A stretch of 64,000 nt of DNA from an uncultured Clostridia bacterium (lineage in GTDB: Bacteria; Bacillota; Clostridia; Christensenellales; UBA3700): assembly GCA_947646415.1 (NCBI GenBank), contig CANSGN010000004.1:3743-67742 (forward strand), read 5' to 3'. The notes beneath the pieces are model-generated. The model saw nothing but the letters and a program-made list of their open reading frames with translations. It had not been told where the DNA came from and ran no database searches. The number at the start of each line of letters is the position of its first letter. The first letter of the stretch is position 1. Positions 55,178 to 64,000 of this stretch are shown one piece after another. The position numbers were made by a program, and so were the translations under genes.

Positions 55178-56200
55178 TTAGATGATATATGTAGCATCGC
55201 CAAAGCTAAAAAATCTGTATTTTTCCTTTACGGCCTCATTGTACATATTCAAAGTATTTTCTCTACCCATAAAAGCCGATACAAGCATTATAAGTGTGGA
55301 TTCCGGCAAATGGAAATTAGTTATCAAGCCTTTTACAACTTTAAATTTATACCCTGGATAAATAAAGATATTTGTATCCATTTTATCCGCTTTTACAAAG
55401 CCGTTTTCATCAGCTAAGCTTTCCACTGTTCTTACAGAGGTTGTGCCTACGCAAATAACTCTCCTGCCTTCTTTTACTGCACTATTGATAATTTCGGCAT
55501 TTGCTTTATCTATCTCACAGTACTCGCTGTGCATATTATGTTTTAAAATGTCTTCTTCCTTTACAGGTCTAAAAGTCCCCAAACCGACATGCAAAAGCAC
55601 TTGTGCAATTTGAACGCCTTTTTCCTTAATTTTCTCAAGCAATTCCTGTGTAAAATGTAGTCCCGCAGTAGGTGCTGCACTAGAGCCAAGCTCTTTGCAA
55701 TAAACAGTTTGATATCTTGATTGGTCTTGCAATTTTTCTTTAATATAAGGCGGAAGTGGCATTGTGCCTATATCGTTTAAAATATCTTCTAACACACCGT
55801 CAAAAGTAAACTCCAAAATCCTTATACCTTGCTCCCCGATTTCTTTAACAGTTGCGGAAAGTTTTTCGCTAAAAATCACTTTTGTATCTATTTTTAGTTT
55901 TTTTGCAGGTTTTGTAATGCACTCGTAGTGATTATAGTCAATCCTTTTTAAAAGCAACACTTCGATTACTTCTTCTTTACCATCTCTGTGGCAAAAAATT
56001 CTTGCTGGTATTACTTTTGTGTTGTTTATAACCAACACATCGCCCTCTTTAAGATAATCTATTATATCATAAAAATGCTTATGTTCAATTTTATCCGTCT
56101 GTCTGTCGTACACCAACATCCTAGAGTTATCTCGCGGATAAATAGGTGTTTGTGCAATCAATTCCTGCGGCAAATCGTAGTAAAAATCACTTTTATTCAT
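55178..56200 (-). CDS. queA: S-adenosylmethionine:tRNA ribosyltransferase-isomerase
   Basis: 340 aa. [16 protein letters not shown]-terminus and TAGLHFT motif. Confidence 0.95.
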   Translation of the reverse strand: MNKSDFYYDLPQELIAQTPIYPRDNSRMLVYDRQTDKIEHKHFYDIIDYLKEGDVLVINNTKVIPARIFCHRDGKEEVIEVLLLKRIDYNHYECITKPAKKLKIDTKVIFSEKLSATVKEIGEQGIRILEFTFDGVLEDILNDIGTMPLPPYIKEKLQDQSRYQTVYCKELGSSAAPTAGLHFTQELLEKIKEKGVQIAQVLLHVGLGTFRPVKEEDILKHNMHSEYCEIDKANAEIINSAVKEGRRVICVGTTSVRTVESLADENGFVKADKMDTNIFIYPGYKFKVVKGLITNFHLPESTLIMLVSAFMGRENTLNMYNEAVKEKYRFFSFGDATYII

Positions 56201-57260
56201 TATTCTTTCCTTCGTTTTCGTATTGTGAGAACAACTCTTGTTTGTCGCTATCCATTACCTTACCTAAATGGTCATAAGCTTTTTTCAAACAAATTCTTCC
56301 TCTTGGTGTTCTTGCGACAAAACCCACTTGCATTAAATAAGGCTCAATAACATCTTCGATAGTGTTGCTGTCTTCATTAACCGATGCTGCCAAAGTATCA
56401 AGTCCTACAGGACCGCCACCAAAAGTATCAATCATTGTAGTCAAAATCTTCCTGTCACTATAGTCAAGCCCCATATCGTCAACTTCCATTAACGTTAAGC
56501 CTTTTTTTGTAAGAGGCAAATCTATTTTACCACCGTCGCCCAACACTTCCGCAAAGTCTCTTACCCTTTTTAAAAATCTGTTTGCAATACGCGGTGTACC
56601 CCTTGAACGTCTTGCAATTTCATAGCTCGCATCCTCATCGATATTTATATTTAAAAGTTTTGCCGAGCGATTGATTATTTTTACCAAATCGTCGGGAGTA
56701 TACAGTTCCAACCTCAAATTTACGCCAAACCTGTCGCGTAACGGGCTTGTTAACATACCTGCCTTAGTTGTTGCACCAATCAAAGTAAACTTTGGCAAGT
56801 CAATACGCAAACTCCTTGCAGACGGACCTTTACCGATTATAATATCCAAGGCATAATCCTCCATAGCAGGATATAAAACCTCCTCAACATTTCGGTTTAG
56901 CCTGTGAATTTCGTCAATAAAAAGTATGTCGTTGTCTGACAAGTTTGTAAGAATAGCAGCCAAATCCCCCGCTTTTTCTATTGCAGGGCCGGAAGTAACA
57001 CGTATTTGCGAATTCATCTCGTTTGCAATGATATGCGATAGTGTGGTTTTACCAAGTCCCGGAGGTCCGTACAAAAGTACATGGTCCAACGCCTCGCCGC
57101 GTTTTAATGCCGCTTGTATGAATATTTCAAGATTGCCTTTTATTTTATCCTGTCCGATATACTCGTCCATACTTTTTGGTCTAAGACAATTTTCGGCAGT
57201 ATCTTCCTTGTGTTTTGTACTTGTTATTAATCTGTCATCTTCTTCGTCAAAATTAAACAT
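56193..57260 (-). CDS. ruvB: Holliday junction branch migration helicase RuvB
   Basis: 355 aa. Walker [10 protein letters not shown], Walker [10 protein letters not shown], sensor motifs. Confidence 0.95.
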   Translation of the reverse strand: MFNFDEEDDRLITSTKHKEDTAENCLRPKSMDEYIGQDKIKGNLEIFIQAALKRGEALDHVLLYGPPGLGKTTLSHIIANEMNSQIRVTSGPAIEKAGDLAAILTNLSDNDILFIDEIHRLNRNVEEVLYPAMEDYALDIIIGKGPSARSLRIDLPKFTLIGATTKAGMLTSPLRDRFGVNLRLELYTPDDLVKIINRSAKLLNINIDEDASYEIARRSRGTPRIANRFLKRVRDFAEVLGDGGKIDLPLTKKGLTLMEVDDMGLDYSDRKILTTMIDTFGGGPVGLDTLAASVNEDSNTIEDVIEPYLMQVGFVARTPRGRICLKKAYDHLGKVMDSDKQELFSQYENEGKNNE

Positions 57261-57271
57261 ACTACTCCCCC

Positions 57272-57868
57272 TTATGCCATACTACGAAGTGCAAGTGTGA
57301 TAATAGCATTTGTATCTTTTGCACTCTCACTAGCTTTTTGAACGGCTTTAATAGCATCATTTTTGGAAATACCCAAAGCCACCAATGCCTCAATAGCGTC
57401 ATTAATTTCCTTAGAACTGCTGATTTTTATGCTACTGTTGCTGCCCATAACCTCTTCGGCAGTAATGTTCACTTTTTCTTTAAGTTCCAAAATTATTCGC
57501 TCGGCAGTCTTTTTGCCTACGCCTTTTATGCTGGATAAGCTTTTTACATCGTTATTTGCAACCGCCAAAGCAAGTGACGCTGTGTCTATGCCCGATAAAA
57601 TGCCAAGTGCCATCTTTGGACCTACTCCATTGATGTCGATTAATTTGATAAACATATTTTTTTCGCTCATACTCAAAAAGCCGAATAACGAAAAAGCATC
57701 TTCCTTGATATGAGTATAAGTATAAAGTTTTGTCTTTTCCCCTTTTTGTGGCAAATCCGCCAAAGTATTTAACGAAACATTTATATTGTATCCAATACCG
57801 TTATTGTCAACAATAACCAATCCGTTAGGGTCAATATAATCGATTAATCCACTTATAAATGCGTACAT
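57272..57868 (-). CDS. ruvA: Holliday junction DNA helicase subunit RuvA
   Basis: Start moved to ATG 57868 (MYAFISGLI), 5 nt after AAGGAG; the track ORF begins at an upstream GTG. HhH motifs ([22 protein letters not shown]). Confidence 0.9.
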   Translation of the reverse strand: MYAFISGLIDYIDPNGLVIVDNNGIGYNINVSLNTLADLPQKGEKTKLYTYTHIKEDAFSLFGFLSMSEKNMFIKLIDINGVGPKMALGILSGIDTASLALAVANNDVKSLSSIKGVGKKTAERIILELKEKVNITAEEVMGSNSSIKISSSKEINDAIEALVALGISKNDAIKAVQKASESAKDTNAIITLALRSMA

Positions 57869-57942
57869 ATACACTCCTTTTATACTATAAGGCTAAATAG
57901 CCTGTTTTTTTGATTTTATAATATGAACAAGCCTAAATAAAA

Positions 57943-58434
57943 TCAAATCCTAAACATATTTGCCATTTTGTTGGTTTGACCATGAGTTATTGCTACTGCA
58001 AGAGCATCCGCAGCGTCATCCGGCTTTGGTATGCTTTTTAGCTTTAACATCATTTTTACCATTTGTTGAACTTGGTTTTTGTCTGCTTTGCCATAGCCCG
58101 TAATTGCTTGTTTAATCTGCAAAGGAGTATACTCAAACAAACTGCCGCAATACTTTGTTGCAGTTAAAAGCAAAACTCCCCTTGCTTCCGCAACGGTAAT
58201 TGCAGTGGTTGTATTTCTTGCAAAAAACAGTTCCTCAAGTGCTATATTGTCGGGTTTATATTGTTCGATAAGTTTTATAAGACTTCGCTCAATCATACAA
58301 AGTCTTGTTGGGGTATTCTCTTCCTTTGGGGTGGTTATCACTCCGTAATCTACAAGAGAATAGTTTCCTCGCTCAACATCAATAACACCATATCCGACTA
58401 TAGCAATCCCGGGGTCAATACCTAAAATCCTCAT
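57943..58434 (-). CDS. ruvC: Crossover junction endodeoxyribonuclease RuvC
   Basis: 163 aa. MRILGIDPG N-terminus and C-terminal DAADALAVAITH. Confidence 0.9.
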   Translation of the reverse strand: MRILGIDPGIAIVGYGVIDVERGNYSLVDYGVITTPKEENTPTRLCMIERSLIKLIEQYKPDNIALEELFFARNTTTAITVAEARGVLLLTATKYCGSLFEYTPLQIKQAITGYGKADKNQVQQMVKMMLKLKSIPKPDDAADALAVAITHGQTNKMANMFRI

Positions 58435-58565
58435 TTTAAATGCTAAAACCTTTTATTGTATTTTAAAACTACATAGTTCGCCTATATAGCTTGATTTTAT
58501 CCATATTGCCGTACCAAAAAAATACTGCAAGCAATGATACTTGCAGTTTTTAATTTTGCAGCAAA

Positions 58566-59129
58566 TTAAACTCTTGACATATAAGTTCCGGTTCTTGTGT
58601 CAATACGAATAGTATCGCCTTCGTTAACAAATAGTGGAACTTGGATAACATATCCTGTCTCAAGTGTTGCAGGCTTTGTAGCATTTGTTGCAGTATTGCC
58701 TTTAGCACCAGGCTCACAGTAAGTGATAAGCAACTCAACAAAGTTAGGAGCAGTTACAGAAAAAGCCTTGCCTTTGTAAAACTCGATATCAACAGTCATA
58801 TTCTCTTTAATAAACTTAAGTGCATCTTCACAGCTTTCTTGGTTAAGTGCGGTTTGCTCATAAGTCTCTTGGTCCATAAAGTAATACAACTCTCCGTCTG
58901 TATACAAATATTCAAGAGTTTTTCTCTCAATATGTGCAAGTTCAAATTTTTCTGTAGGGTTAAAAGTTTTTTCAATAACGCCACCGTTGATAACGTCTCT
59001 TATTTTAGTACGTACAAACGCTGCACCTTTACCTGGTTTAACGTGCAAAAAGTCCACGATAACCATTACCTTTCCATCCATTTCAAATGTAATTCCCTTA
59101 CGAAAATCACCAGCCAAAATTGTAGCCAT
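58566..59129 (-). CDS. efp: Elongation factor P
   Basis: 187 aa. [12 protein letters not shown] loop with the conserved Lys. Confidence 0.95.
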   Translation of the reverse strand: MATILAGDFRKGITFEMDGKVMVIVDFLHVKPGKGAAFVRTKIRDVINGGVIEKTFNPTEKFELAHIERKTLEYLYTDGELYYFMDQETYEQTALNQESCEDALKFIKENMTVDIEFYKGKAFSVTAPNFVELLITYCEPGAKGNTATNATKPATLETGYVIQVPLFVNEGDTIRIDTRTGTYMSRV

Positions 59130-59145
59130 ATTTACCTCCGATAAA

Positions 59146-60219
59146 CTAATTATTAATAATTTCTAATTTTTTATTTGAAGTAGTCAAATTTACTGCATTA
59201 GCACCTTTAACCACAATCATATCCTCTATTCTTATACCGCAAAGCCCCTCAATATAAATACCAGGCTCTATAGTTATTACCATACCGTCTTGCAGTCTTT
59301 CATCCGTCATCACGCGTGATGATAAAGTCGGATATTCGTGTATTTCAAGCCCGACGCCATGCCCTAACGAATGATTGAAATATGTTGCAAGCCTATGCAA
59401 ATCCAAATAATTTCTTGCAACCCTGTCTGCCTCTCTCGGCGGTATGCCCGAACGTATGCAGTCTATTGCAATCTCATTTGCACCAAGCACAATATTGTAT
59501 AATTTTTCTACTTCCTCCGAACACTCCCCAAACACAAAAGTTCTTGTCATATCCGAGTGATAACCTTTGTAAGTTGCACCAAAATCGATAAGTATAACAT
59601 CCCCGACTTTAAGCTTTCTATCTGACGGCTTTGCATGTGCGATTGCCGAATTTTCCCCAAAAGCAACAATAGTATCAAAAGCGTTTTTCTCGCTGCCGTT
59701 CACTTTCATAAAATACTCAAGCTTAGCACAAAGCTCCAATTCCGTCATATTTTTTTTGATAAGCGGTTTTACCTGTTCCAAAGATTTTTCCGCAATTCTT
59801 TGAGCTTTGGTAATACACTCTATTTCATAATCGCTTTTAACAGCACGCAAGGCAGTAATCTCGTTTGTTATATCCGTTACTTTAAGCCCTGCAAGCAATT
59901 TTTCCGTCACAAACACATAATCATAATGACTTATGTTGCTGTCAAAACCGACATTTTTGATATTGTTATCGGCTAATACATTTTTTATAACCTGCTCCGC
60001 AGTAGCAGGAGTAATTTCAATTACCTGCCAATCCTCGGATAAGTCCCTGTTTGCCTCAATCGTAAACCTGCCGTCAGTAAAATAAAATTTGTTTTGTTTG
60101 GTAATAAGCACAAAAGCATAATCGGCAGAATATCCGCTGACATATCTTACATTAAAAGTATTTGAAATCAAAATTCCGTCCAAATTATTACTATCAAATA
60201 TCTTATTGTAACTTACCAT
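59146..60219 (-). CDS. pepP: Xaa-Pro aminopeptidase (M24 family)
   Basis: 357 aa. M24 metal ligand motifs ([33 protein letters not shown]). Conserved position upstream of efp. Confidence 0.85.
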   Translation of the reverse strand: MVSYNKIFDSNNLDGILISNTFNVRYVSGYSADYAFVLITKQNKFYFTDGRFTIEANRDLSEDWQVIEITPATAEQVIKNVLADNNIKNVGFDSNISHYDYVFVTEKLLAGLKVTDITNEITALRAVKSDYEIECITKAQRIAEKSLEQVKPLIKKNMTELELCAKLEYFMKVNGSEKNAFDTIVAFGENSAIAHAKPSDRKLKVGDVILIDFGATYKGYHSDMTRTFVFGECSEEVEKLYNIVLGANEIAIDCIRSGIPPREADRVARNYLDLHRLATYFNHSLGHGVGLEIHEYPTLSSRVMTDERLQDGMVITIEPGIYIEGLCGIRIEDMIVVKGANAVNLTTSNKKLEIINN

Positions 60220-60407
60220 AAAAGCATTATAGCATATTTTTTTTGACTTGTAAATATTTTTTTAATATTTTATTATATTTTAATATAAAGATAATAAAAC
60301 CAAATTTTATATCTGCAAATAACAAAGCTTACAATCTTAAAATAGATATTGCTTTTTTTAGTTTTATATGGTATGATAAAATTGTAAAAAGCATAGGGGG
60401 AAATAGT

Positions 60408-61127
60408 ATGGAAGAGGAAGTAAAAGACAAAATTTGCGGGCATGCAAAGCCAATGGATAAAAAGAAAAAAATCATCATAATTACGGCAACGGCCAGTGCA
60501 CTACTTGCAGTAATACTTGGTTTTCTCATTTGGGGGTTAACATTCAAAGCAGGCGGACTTGTAAACAGAAAAGTAATTTGTGTTGAAGACAGCACTATAT
60601 TTAACGGCGACAGTATTACTATACCTGTTAAAATGAAACAAGGATTTTATACTCCGTCTCATCAGGTTTTTTATTCGGAAAAATCTATTTCAGAGCTTTG
60701 CGAACTTGCTAAAAATTACGATAGTAATCTAAATTATGAGATTCACAACAACAAAGCCTATCTTTATAAAGTAAAATCGGATAAAGTAATTGCAAGAGCT
60801 GTTTTAAGCAAACATGATGCAATATATGATAACCTTAATTATACTTTGCAAGATTTATATGTCGAAGGTATAATATTTCCTCTTTATTTAACTGAAAAAT
60901 TCTTTGATGAGGAAATTACATTTAGCGACACTACTTACAGTTGGTATGCAATTTCTTTTATGACAATAGACGAACTTGTAAATTGGCTTGATAGCACAGG
61001 ACTTTATAAATTGGAAATCAATACTCAAAAAGACACTGTAATTGTAACGGATATTGAAAAAGACAGTCCTAAAGCTCAAATTTATTTTAACGGGAACCTA
61101 ATTGCTGTAAAAGCAATTTACAATTAA
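60408..61127 (+). CDS. Hypothetical single-pass membrane protein, tandem paralog 1
   Basis: Start chosen at ATG 60408 (MEEEVKDKICGH) after GGGGGA. TM helix IIIITATASALLAVILGFLIWGL. C-terminal ~150 aa nearly identical to 61197..61880. Confidence 0.55.
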   Translation: MEEEVKDKICGHAKPMDKKKKIIIITATASALLAVILGFLIWGLTFKAGGLVNRKVICVEDSTIFNGDSITIPVKMKQGFYTPSHQVFYSEKSISELCELAKNYDSNLNYEIHNNKAYLYKVKSDKVIARAVLSKHDAIYDNLNYTLQDLYVEGIIFPLYLTEKFFDEEITFSDTTYSWYAISFMTIDELVNWLDSTGLYKLEINTQKDTVIVTDIEKDSPKAQIYFNGNLIAVKAIYN

Positions 61128-61196
61128 AAAATTAATCTATAACAAATTTCACTGTTTTAATGAGTTACTATTTAAATGTAAAATAGGGAGAAATTT

Positions 61197-61880
61197 ATGA
61201 CAAAAGAAACAAAAAAGGCTATTTGGATACATGTGATTGTTTTCAGTGTAATTGCAATCGTAGTACTTGGCATATTCTTTCCAATTATAGTTACTAACAA
61301 TATGGATAGAGCAAATTCTAAGCAAATATGCATTGTAGACCGCTCTATTAAAATAAGTGGCGAACAAATATTTATTCCTGTCAAAATGAAAAATGGTTTT
61401 TCTACCCCTACTCATCAAAAATTTCATTCTGATTTAACAATTTTACAATTATGCGAACTTGCCAAAGATTACGATAGTAATCAAAATTATGAGATTCATA
61501 ACAACAAAGCCTATCTTTATAAAGTAAAATCAGACAAAGTCATTGCAAGAGCTGTTTTAAGCAAGCATGATGCAATATATGATAACCTAAATTATACTTT
61601 GCAACATTTATATGTCGAAGGTATAGTATTTCCTATTCATCTAACTGAAAAATTCTTTAATGAGGAAATTACATTTAATGACACTATTTATAGTTGGTAT
61701 GCAATTTCTTTTATGACAATAGACGAACTTGTAAACTGGCTTGATAGCACAGGACTTTATAAATTGGAAATCAATACTCAAAAAGACACTGTAATTGTAA
61801 CGGATATTGAAAAAGACAGTCCTAAAGCTCAAATTTATTTTAACGGAAGCCTCATTGCTGTAAAAGCAATTTACAATTAA
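61197..61880 (+). CDS. Hypothetical single-pass membrane protein, tandem paralog 2
   Basis: 227 aa. RBS GGGAG. TM helix IWIHVIVFSVIAIVVLGIFFPIIV. Followed by terminator AATCACTCT/AGAGTGATT plus T7 (61901..61929). Confidence 0.6.
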   Translation: MTKETKKAIWIHVIVFSVIAIVVLGIFFPIIVTNNMDRANSKQICIVDRSIKISGEQIFIPVKMKNGFSTPTHQKFHSDLTILQLCELAKDYDSNQNYEIHNNKAYLYKVKSDKVIARAVLSKHDAIYDNLNYTLQHLYVEGIVFPIHLTEKFFNEEITFNDTIYSWYAISFMTIDELVNWLDSTGLYKLEINTQKDTVIVTDIEKDSPKAQIYFNGSLIAVKAIYN

Positions 61881-61931
61881 AAAATTAATCTATAACAAAA
61901 AATCACTCTACAAAAAGAGTGATTTTTTTGT

Positions 61932-61952
61932 TTAATACCGATTTTTAAATAG
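61932..61952 (-). repeat. Dispersed intergenic motif, copy f (degenerate)
   Basis: Plus strand TTAATACCGATTTTTAAATAG, immediately after the bidirectional terminator between 61880 and 62017. Confidence 0.35.
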
Positions 61953-62016
61953 TTTTAAATATAATTAGTAAATTTTAAAATAATTTTTACCATAAAAGCA
62001 ATGGATATAATTTAGT

Positions 62017-62871
62017 TTATTTTAACATATTATTATAACAATTTTTCATATATAAGCTATCTATTGTTTGAGTTCCTGCAGACTCGCAAACGATAAACGG
62101 ATGCAAATCCAAATCTATCAAAGCCTTAGCCAAAGGCTCAAAATCAGGTCCAAAATTTGTATCTTCAAAAGTCAAATGCCTTACTTCCCCTTTTGCAGAA
62201 TACTCTATTTTGGAAAAATGTACATGCATATTGTTTACCTTTTCAAAGCCGACTCCTGCAATAAACTTTTCCAATACAATCCTATAATCGTCGTAACTTT
62301 TTAAACTGCCGCCTGTCCTTGCATTCAAATGTCCAAAATCTATACAAGGATAAAGCATTTTATCGCGAGCTACCATTCGAATAATTTCGTCCACATCCCC
62401 AAGTTGAGCTTGTTTACCCATTGTTTCAATAGCAAGCATTGTGTTTTCGGCAAGACCGCTGTCATACAAATCGCACAACAAATTATCAAGACGGGACATT
62501 AACAAATCCATTGCCTGCTCTCTTGGCATTTTTAAAGGGGACCCAGGATGAAAAACGCAACGCTTTCCGCCTAAATTTTTAAGTGCTATCAAACTTTCTT
62601 TTATATATCTGTGGTTATTTGCAGCCTTATCATCTTCCTGTGTAGCCAAGTTGATAAAATATGGCGCGTGTACGGAAATTTCTATACCATGTTTTGCAAA
62701 CTCAGCGCCATAAATTTTAGCGGTTTCTTCACTCATACGAACACCTCTGCCAAAAGAATATTCGTACAAATCAAGACCTTTCCCTTTTAGCCAATTTGGC
62801 ACATCTATGGTTTTGGAAAAACCTTCTTCTTCAAAAATACTACCTGTTCCGCTAGGTCCGAACTTTATCAT
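62017..62871 (-). CDS. AP-endonuclease-2 / xylose-isomerase-like TIM-barrel protein (endonuclease IV-like)
   Basis: Start moved to MIKFGPSG (ATG 62871, GAGGTGG upstream). HAPYFINLA and FHPG motifs recall the endonuclease IV family. Function uncertain. Confidence 0.6.
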   Translation of the reverse strand: MIKFGPSGTGSIFEEEGFSKTIDVPNWLKGKGLDLYEYSFGRGVRMSEETAKIYGAEFAKHGIEISVHAPYFINLATQEDDKAANNHRYIKESLIALKNLGGKRCVFHPGSPLKMPREQAMDLLMSRLDNLLCDLYDSGLAENTMLAIETMGKQAQLGDVDEIIRMVARDKMLYPCIDFGHLNARTGGSLKSYDDYRIVLEKFIAGVGFEKVNNMHVHFSKIEYSAKGEVRHLTFEDTNFGPDFEPLAKALIDLDLHPFIVCESAGTQTIDSLYMKNCYNNMLK

Positions 62872-62940
62872 ACTCCACCTCATTTTTATAGCTGTTATTT
62901 ATTATTAATCAAACAAAAATTATAAAAATCAATGCAAATT

Positions 62941-63852
62941 TTATACCTTTTTAATTTCGTTTTTGTCTTGCAATACCCTTTTAAAGTCACTATCTATTTG
63001 AGCTTTTAACTCTGTCGCGCTATTAAATTTACTGATTCCGCGATAATATTCATAAAACTCTACTTTTACAACCTTTCCATAAAGGTCGCCATCAAAGTCT
63101 ATCACAAAGCTTTCCAAATTAAAATTATAATCATCAAATGTTGGGTGCGCCCCTACATTGGTAAGTCCCAAATAAGCTTGTCCATCAATTATGATATGTG
63201 TTTTATAAACACCTGCTTTTATCTCTATTTTGCTGTCAGGATATGCTACGTTAGCCGTAGGATAACCTACAACACTGCCGCCGACATTTCTGCCCTTTTC
63301 CACACTGCCCATCATAAAGTATGGGAACGGCAATAATTTGTTAACTTTGCCAATATCGCCTGCTTTTAATAATTCCCTTATATCTCTTGAGGCAATCTTG
63401 CCGCTATCCGCCATAACCAAGTCGATTACATGCGATTCTATTTGCCTTTTATCAAAGTAATTTTTCACGTCTTTTGCACTAAATTCCGCTTTTACTCCGC
63501 AAGTATAATCGGTGCCGAAAACAACTTTTTTAATATTAAAATTTTTGCATAAAATGTCTAAAAATTCATCCCCGTGTAAATTCATAAAATCTGTATCGAA
63601 TTTAGCGGATATCACACATTTAATACCGATTTTTTCAAAGATATGCACTCTTTCTGAAAAAGTATAGCACTGTTTTGACATACCGGAAATTACATTTTGA
63701 GGATTGTTTGTAAAAGTAAAGACAGCAGGAGTAAAGCCGCTGTTTACACACAAATCCAGCAACTTTTTATGTCCGTTATGTACACTGTCAAAATAGCCTA
63801 AAGCCAAACATATTGGTCTATCGCTTTTTCCTAAAAAATCAATCAGTTCCAT
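62941..63852 (-). CDS. ribF: Bifunctional riboflavin kinase / FMN adenylyltransferase
   Basis: 303 aa. LGYFDSVHNGHKKL nucleotidyltransferase motif and a C-terminal riboflavin kinase domain (GYPTAN). Confidence 0.9.
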   Translation of the reverse strand: MELIDFLGKSDRPICLALGYFDSVHNGHKKLLDLCVNSGFTPAVFTFTNNPQNVISGMSKQCYTFSERVHIFEKIGIKCVISAKFDTDFMNLHGDEFLDILCKNFNIKKVVFGTDYTCGVKAEFSAKDVKNYFDKRQIESHVIDLVMADSGKIASRDIRELLKAGDIGKVNKLLPFPYFMMGSVEKGRNVGGSVVGYPTANVAYPDSKIEIKAGVYKTHIIIDGQAYLGLTNVGAHPTFDDYNFNLESFVIDFDGDLYGKVVKVEFYEYYRGISKFNSATELKAQIDSDFKRVLQDKNEIKKV

Positions 63853-64000
63853 AATCTTACATCGACCTCTAAATTTTTATCTCCGTCCTTACATATACCA
63901 AATATTTTGTCATCAATAACAACAATATAATCGGTTTTTATCCCACGATTTGCAATTTTAACGCCGTTTAAAAGTTGAAAGCTTTCTTTATCCTGCAAAT
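63843..64000 (-). CDS. truB: tRNA pseudouridine synthase B, C-terminal fragment (truncated by window edge)
   Basis: The frame ending at TGA 63845..63843 reads ...LQDKESFQLLNGVKIANRGIKTDYIVVIDDKIFGICKDGDKNLEVDVRLWN. It overlaps the ribF start, matching the conserved truB-ribF order. Assigned mainly from synteny. Confidence 0.55.
   Translation of the reverse strand, partial: LQDKESFQLLNGVKIANRGIKTDYIVVIDDKIFGICKDGDKNLEVDVRLWN

Overview
Chromosomal segment of a low-GC, spore-forming Firmicute (Clostridia-like), called only from ORF translations, remembered family motifs and reading the DNA by eye. No database search was run. About 60 protein genes, mostly on the minus strand, are largely housekeeping. 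They include spoVAD'/spoVAC and the spoIIAA-spoIIAB-sigF operon, lgt, divergent galK/galT, nadE, hprK, uvrC, pgi, nnr, birA, recX, rpsU, the prmA-rsmE-mtaB block, rnc, plsX and a GTP-type PEP carboxykinase. They also include a complete shikimate operon (aroE-aroK-aroQ-aroB::aroA fusion-aroC-chorismate mutase), thyA-folA, yajC-tgt-queA-ruvBAC, efp, pepP, ribF and truB'. There are two tRNA-Ser genes, and no rRNA, CRISPR array, transposase or prophage genes. The most unusual content is a stand-alone small serine recombinase (11522..12133) linked to four copies of a 28-30 bp near-perfect palindrome (TGTCAGAAAAAGTA|TACTTTTTCTGACA). The copies form two pairs with identical 136-bp spacing. Each pair brackets a 106-bp promoter-bearing cassette upstream of a surface lipoprotein gene, and the two loci are 33 kb apart. 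I interpret this as a candidate multi-locus DNA-inversion or recombinase-operator switch. Alternatives such as terminators or small-RNA genes are stated in the findings. Other points worth a second look:
- a ~20-nt motif dispersed in six intergenic or 3' regions
- an ArsR/SmtB regulator divergent from a 73-aa CxC-rich peptide
- a Wzz-like protein paired with a catalytically degenerate BY-kinase-like protein
- a mazF with no visible antitoxin
- a tandem gene duplication with homogenised 3' halves
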